DNA from: a virus
DNA length: 37,054 nt
IMG/VR virus record: IMGVR_UViG_3300045988_168372
Location: 1-37,054 of that record
Strand: one strand, 5' to 3'
This document shows positions 33,061 to 37,054 of the stretch, piece after piece. Under the pieces are notes generated by a model. It worked only from the letters and a program-made list of their open reading frames with translations. It was not told the origin of the DNA and ran no database searches. Made by a program: the position numbers and the translations under genes. Numbering within the stretch: the stretch's first letter is position 1; each line of letters starts with the position of its first letter.

Positions 33061-34362
33061 ATGATACTAGAAGCGATGATAAGTGCAGCATTAGGTGGAG
33101 CGGTATATGGATATATTGAAAGTAGAAGAGAACAAAAAGAAGAAATAGAGTTAGAAAAAGAAAAAATAGAGCAATTAAATAATATTAATACATGGAAAAA
33201 GTGTTTAGAGCTTTCAGATACTAAAGGAATTAGAAATAAAATAGGAGAAACATTTTTGATAGAAAAGTATATAAAAACTGATTATGGATTTTTAGCTAAA
33301 GTAAAGGCGCCATTAGGATGTGATTGGATGGCTTTAAAAAATGTTGGAAGTGAAATAGAAACAGCATTTAAGGGAACTGTAGAAATAAAAAAAGATAAGT
33401 ATAGTGATTATATTGATATAGAAGTGATAACTAAGAAGCCAGAATTTGTTTTTAGTCCTATAAAAACAAATTGCAATGAATGGTTTGGAGGATTAAAAGC
33501 AAATGGAGAGCCATATCTAATTTCATTAGATGAAAATCCACATGTTTGTTATACAGGCACTACAGGAACAGGAAAAACATTCACTGAGTTTGTAAGTGTA
33601 ACCAATTTATTATATAACTATAAAAATGATTTTGAGGTTTATATAACTCAGTTGATAAATGGAGAGACTAAGATATTTTCTAAGTGTAAACCAGTTAAGC
33701 TTTTTGCAGATACTTTAGAAGAAGCATTAGTAATATTAAGGCAAGTAGCAGAAAAGGCTGATGCTAGAGCAAAAGAGTTAAATAAATATGGTTATGTAAG
33801 TGTAAAACATTGGAATGATGAAAATCCAGATAAAGCTTTTAAGAGAATAATTTTACTTATGGATGAATTTAGTTTCTTTAAGGTTGAAGAAGGAGATGGT
33901 GAGGAAGTTAAAAAATTAAAAAATGAATGTGAGATATATTTAAAAAGGATAGCTAAAACTGGGAGAGCTATGGCAATAAGCATTGTAATGGTATTGCAGA
34001 AAAGCACTGTAGAAAATGTAAATAGTACAATACGTTCTCAGATGTGTGTAATTAGCTTAAGGCAATTTTCAGGGCAAGATTCAAAGGTTGCAATAGGAAC
34101 AACTGAAGCAGCTAGATTAAATGAATTTGAAGCAATAATAAAAGGAAATGGAATATATGAGAAAGTATTTATACCAAGAATAAAATCAAAACAACCTCAG
34201 ATACATTTAGCTAAATATGTTCCTGAAATTGTTATACCTAAAAAAGGAGTTATTTTAAAAGAGAAAATTAAAGAAATACCAATAGAAGAAAAAACTAATA
34301 ATATAATAGTAGAGTCTAAGAAAAAGAAAATTAAAAAGAATAGAAATGTTAAGGGGGCTTAA
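33061..34362 (+). CDS. FtsK/SpoIIIE-family (TcpA/TraB-like) DNA-translocase ATPase
   Basis: N-terminal hydrophobic segment. Walker A YTGTTGTGKTF. Walker B RIILLMDEFSFF. Lys-rich tail. Confidence 0.8.
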   Translation: MILEAMISAALGGAVYGYIESRREQKEEIELEKEKIEQLNNINTWKKCLELSDTKGIRNKIGETFLIEKYIKTDYGFLAKVKAPLGCDWMALKNVGSEIETAFKGTVEIKKDKYSDYIDIEVITKKPEFVFSPIKTNCNEWFGGLKANGEPYLISLDENPHVCYTGTTGTGKTFTEFVSVTNLLYNYKNDFEVYITQLINGETKIFSKCKPVKLFADTLEEALVILRQVAEKADARAKELNKYGYVSVKHWNDENPDKAFKRIILLMDEFSFFKVEEGDGEEVKKLKNECEIYLKRIAKTGRAMAISIVMVLQKSTVENVNSTIRSQMCVISLRQFSGQDSKVAIGTTEAARLNEFEAIIKGNGIYEKVFIPRIKSKQPQIHLAKYVPEIVIPKKGVILKEKIKEIPIEEKTNNIIVESKKKKIKKNRNVKGA

Positions 34363-34364
34363 TT

Positions 34365-34973
34365 ATGCTTAAAGAAAGAGATTGGAACATTTTAAGGCAT
34401 ATAGAAATGTATGGAGCTATATCTCTTAAAAATGTAAGTAGTCTATATTTTGATGGTGAATATAAAACAGAAGAATATAGATATAGATGCGCTGCTAGAA
34501 GAATGCAGGCGTTGGAAAAGAAAGGGATACTTTTAAGCTATAGGAATAGCTATACTGAAGAAAAAATATTTTATTTAAATAAAAAAGTTTCTCCACATGA
34601 TTTATTTATACAAGATCTCTGGAGGAAGTTAAAAGAGTTGGATTTTAAAATTTTAGAGTTTAACACTAATGTTAGTTTAATGAACGGGCAATTAAAGCCA
34701 GATGCTTTAATTGTTGCTGACTATGAAGGAACTATAGTTAATTATTTTTTAGAAGTAGATTTAAATCATTACACTTCTAAGTCGAAATTAATTAAATATG
34801 AAATGTTTTATAAATCTGATGAATTTAAGAAGATTTGCAATTCAGAAAGTCCTTGTCTAATAATAGCAAGACCTACACATACCAGGGATATAAGATTAAC
34901 ATCTAAATTGTTTGATATCATTTATACAGATCTTAAATATTCTAAATTAGAGCGATTTATTTTTGAAGATTAA
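34365..34973 (+). CDS. Replication-relaxation family-like protein (winged HTH + PD-(D/E)xK-like core)
   Basis: N-terminus ERDWNILRHIEMYGAISLKNVSSLYF ... AARRMQALEKKGIL. Later KPDALIV ... YFLEVDLNHYT. Coupled to the ATPase gene. Confidence 0.55.
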   Translation: MLKERDWNILRHIEMYGAISLKNVSSLYFDGEYKTEEYRYRCAARRMQALEKKGILLSYRNSYTEEKIFYLNKKVSPHDLFIQDLWRKLKELDFKILEFNTNVSLMNGQLKPDALIVADYEGTIVNYFLEVDLNHYTSKSKLIKYEMFYKSDEFKKICNSESPCLIIARPTHTRDIRLTSKLFDIIYTDLKYSKLERFIFED

Positions 34974-35059
34974 ATTGTACAATAACTTATCTAATAGCAT
35001 ATACAATAGTTTGTCTAGGGTATTCACATTCTACAGCTTAAGAATTAGTAATAAAGCCA

Positions 35060-35159
35060 AAGGGGTTGTCCATAGTAATAATAAAAAAATAAGAAAAGAA
35101 AATAAACCCCTTATGGTTGCTACATATATATCTATATATGTCCTTATATTCATATAAGG
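35060..35159. repeat. Two inverted repeats in the intergenic region after the replication-relaxation gene
   Basis: AAGGGGTT (35060-35067) / AACCCCTT (35105-35112) around an A-rich 37-nt spacer, and CCTTATAT (35142-35149) tc ATATAAGG (35152-35159). Confidence 0.55.
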
Positions 35160-35262
35160 TTGTGCTTCAAATCATAAGAAAAGATTTTTACAAATCAAAA
35201 GAAAAACACTTATCCAGTGTTAATAAATTAGCTGATTAGCTAATAAAAAAGGAGTGACTTAA

Positions 35263-35784
35263 ATGTGGTCAAAAAAGACACATAAAATTGCTGACTTTAT
35301 AAGTCTTATTCTAGTAATAACTTTAAGTTTAATAACAATAACCTATTTACTAGATTTAGGCTTGTTAGGTAAACTTTTAGCTTTAGTAATAGCTTCTATA
35401 TTTATTAGAATATCATATTTTTATTTTTTGCAGAAAATAAAAATATGGCTAAAACCTAAAAAGGTTAAAAAGCAAACTATTACTAAAGCAAAAGTACATG
35501 AGTCAAGTTTAGATTTACAACAAAATTATTTAATTGATTTACAATCCCAAGCTAGTCAATTATTTAAGGTTGCTGTACAATCTAAAAAACTTTCTAGAGC
35601 TGAGATTATTAATGCTAAAGACTTTTTAAAGTCAAATATTAATGATCCTACTCTATCAGATAAAATATACAGCAATGAAGCACACTGTATATATAGCTAT
35701 CTTAAAAGTGAAAACATAAATGAAATTACTTTAAATAAGTTTATAAAAATCATTTTTACTTTTGCTAATAAGAAAGCTGCTTAA
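35263..35784 (+). CDS. Two-TM membrane protein, unknown function
   Basis: 173 aa. Hydrophobic N-terminal ~55 aa, basic linker, soluble C-terminal domain. RBS aaggagtga. Confidence 0.55.
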   Translation: MWSKKTHKIADFISLILVITLSLITITYLLDLGLLGKLLALVIASIFIRISYFYFLQKIKIWLKPKKVKKQTITKAKVHESSLDLQQNYLIDLQSQASQLFKVAVQSKKLSRAEIINAKDFLKSNINDPTLSDKIYSNEAHCIYSYLKSENINEITLNKFIKIIFTFANKKAA

Positions 35785-35864
35785 TATTTATTTCATATCT
35801 TTATTATTACCTTAGGGTTAATTAATTATACATATAATTTTTTAACTCTTTTTTTATTTTAAAA

Positions 35865-35890
35865 GTGTCATAAATTAACGGTTATGATAC
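35865..35890. promoter_or_regulatory. Inverted repeat, res-like or operator site upstream of the resolvase operon
   Basis: GTGTCATAA (35865-35873), 8 nt, TTATGATAC (35882-35890), one mismatch. Further GTGTCA/GTATCA half-sites at 35927-35944. Confidence 0.4.
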
Positions 35891-35906
35891 CAACAAAAGA
35901 AAGATG

Positions 35907-35916
35907 ATGATATAAT
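35907..35916 (+). promoter_or_regulatory. Extended -10 promoter element
   Basis: TGaTATAAT at 35908-35916. No good -35 element. Confidence 0.4.
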
Positions 35917-35963
35917 ACTTTTAAAGGTGTCAAAAATAAGTATCAAAAGCAAAGGGGGATTTT

Positions 35964-36212
35964 ATGTTTTCAGGAAGGATAAATAGTTATAAAGGGTATA
36001 TAAATAGTAAAAAAATATATTTAAAAAGAAAAAAACAATTAAATAGAGAAATTAAAATTATAAAAAGAAAAAAGAAGAAATCTAAATCAATAGGAAAAAA
36101 ATATTTTGGAAGGATAATAGAGAAAGGTAAAGATGACATTTATATATTAAGGATTATGTACAACAATAGGAAAAGAGAGTACAAGTTAAAAAGTAAAAGA
36201 AAAAGATTTTAA
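35964..36212 (+). CDS. Extremely basic 82-aa protein
   Basis: Visibly dominated by Lys/Arg runs (KRKKQ, KRKKKKSK, KLKSKRKRF). RBS aaaggggga. Directly upstream of the resolvase. Confidence 0.4.
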   Translation: MFSGRINSYKGYINSKKIYLKRKKQLNREIKIIKRKKKKSKSIGKKYFGRIIEKGKDDIYILRIMYNNRKREYKLKSKRKRF

Positions 36213-36221
36213 GGAGAAAAT

Positions 36222-36809
36222 ATGATAATAGGATATTGTAGAGTATCATCTAAAGGACAAATTGATAATAATAGTTTAGAGCAGCAGGAAAGAGAAATAA
36301 TAGAAAAATATAATAATGTAGAAATATACAAAGAACAATATACTGGAACTACAATGGATAGACCAATTTTAAATGAGGTATTAGATAAATTAAATAAAGG
36401 AGATACTCTTGTAGTATCTAAACTAGATAGATTAGCCAGAACAACAAAAGAAGGTATTACTATAATTGAGATGTTATTTAATAAAAATGTAGCAGTTCAT
36501 GTTCTTAATGTTGGATTATTAGAAAATACTATAATGGGAAGATTCTTTTTAACAACTTTATTAGCAGTAGCAGAAATGGAAAGGAATATGATAATTGAAA
36601 GGACAAGATCAGGAAAGGAAATAGCTAGGACTAAAGAAGGATATAAAGAAGGTAGACCGAAGAAGTATAGTAAGAAGCAAATAGATAATGCATTATCTAT
36701 GTTAACAGTTAATGGTGGGGTATATAGCTATAAAGAAGTTGAAGAATTAGTAGGAATAAGTAAGAGTACTTTAATTAGAGCACAAAAACAAAATTTAGGT
36801 ATATATTAG
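36222..36809 (+). CDS. Serine recombinase (small resolvase/invertase type)
   Basis: IIGYCRVSSKGQ (catalytic Ser), LVVSKLDRLARTT, C-terminal HTH VEELVGISKSTLIRAQ. RBS aaggag. Confidence 0.9.
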   Translation: MIIGYCRVSSKGQIDNNSLEQQEREIIEKYNNVEIYKEQYTGTTMDRPILNEVLDKLNKGDTLVVSKLDRLARTTKEGITIIEMLFNKNVAVHVLNVGLLENTIMGRFFLTTLLAVAEMERNMIIERTRSGKEIARTKEGYKEGRPKKYSKKQIDNALSMLTVNGGVYSYKEVEELVGISKSTLIRAQKQNLGIY

Positions 36810-36933
36810 GTATAATTTAGGTGTAAAAATTAGATATATAGAGAAAAACTAAGAAAATATACCTAAAAATATTAATAATTTAGGTATATAGTATTTGCAC
36901 TTAGGTATAATTTAGGTATAATTTAGGTATAAG
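36794..36933. repeat. parC-like centromere: clusters of 11-bp TTAGGTATAAT iterons
   Basis: Copies at 36795, 36806 and 36817 (TTAGGTGTAA). One inverted copy at 36858-36866. Further copies at 36880, 36901, 36912 and 36923. The last three are exact tandem 11-mers. An embedded promoter reads TTGCAC (36895-36900), 16 nt, TATAAT (36917-36922). Confidence 0.65.
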
Positions 36934-36999
36934 TAATTTGAAAGTGTCAAATCTTTTGGAAACTCATTCAGCCATTCAGGCGGGAGTTAATATAAATAA

Positions 37000-37054
37000 A
37001 ATAATTTTAAAGGAGAGAGGTTAATAATGAAAAAAATAATATTAAGTGCAGACA
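37000..37054. repeat. Terminal overlap copy 2, identical to 1-55. It includes the RBS and first 9 codons of parM (37028-37054).
   Basis: Direct comparison of both ends. Confidence 0.9.

Noticed and set aside
34963-35157. 64-aa plus-strand ORF after the replication-relaxation gene
   Set aside because: It has no RBS, starts inside the upstream gene and runs through two inverted repeats and an A-rich tract. It is better explained as a cis-acting intergenic region.
36794-36933. Short regularly spaced repeats as a possible CRISPR array
   Set aside because: The repeat unit is only 11 bp, the copies are tandem without spacers, one copy is inverted, and there are no cas genes. The geometry fits a partition centromere.
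1-37054. Search for a retron or reverse transcriptase, Cas, TnpB/IscB, toxin-antitoxin pairs or known multi-gene defence systems
   Set aside because: I saw no RT (YxDD), Cas, RuvC-transposon nuclease, TIR/SIR2/STAND or nucleotide-cyclase signatures in any ORF. The unknown small ORFs (4.2-10.2 kb) cannot be assigned by eye, so the absence of anti-defence genes is not proven.

Overview
The window is a complete, circularly closed replicon. Bases 1-55 are repeated exactly at 37000-37054, so the unique length is 36,999 bp. It is very AT-rich with a Clostridium-like coding style; that host guess is my inference from composition and gene content. I read it as a temperate siphovirus-type phage-plasmid.

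Gene order:
- Type II ParM/ParR partition operon (28-1806), fed by 11-bp iterons at 36794-36933.
- A ~950-bp ORF-free, G+C-enriched stretch (1833-2781). It holds two perfect inverted DnaA boxes, AT-rich 11-mers, a strong promoter, two plus-strand intrinsic terminators and many nested helices.
- Two minus-strand XRE repressor-like genes facing a cro-like gene across a three-operator switch (2782-4234).
- An early region of small ORFs (4.2-10.2 kb). It includes a Spo0E-like micro-ORF, an ArpU/sigma-like regulator, a protein with three Myb/SANT-like repeats, an orphan C5-cytosine methyltransferase and a Bro-N antirepressor.
- A short tyrosine recombinase (10587-11234).
- An HNH/TerS/TerL packaging module and HK97-type head genes (11.5-19.2 kb).
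- A self-contained membrane zinc-ribbon moron (19320-19652).
- Tail genes, including a G/G-T frameshift pair, tape measure, Dit and Tal. One tail protein fuses an anchor domain, a metallo-beta-lactamase-fold hydrolase and cell-wall-binding repeats. A long repeat-rich fibre follows (19.7-31.1 kb).
- Holin plus an amidase-SPOR endolysin.
- A plasmid-like accessory module (32.5-36.8 kb) with an FtsK/TcpA-like ATPase, a replication-relaxation family protein, membrane proteins and a serine resolvase.

I found no tRNA, rRNA, CRISPR array, IS element, dedicated replication initiator, helicase or primase.

The most interesting unexplained signal is the candidate large structured ncRNA and its leader at about 1968-2780. 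Next come the FtsK/replication-relaxation module and the Pce-like tail protein. All functional calls rest on motif reading by eye; no database search was possible.
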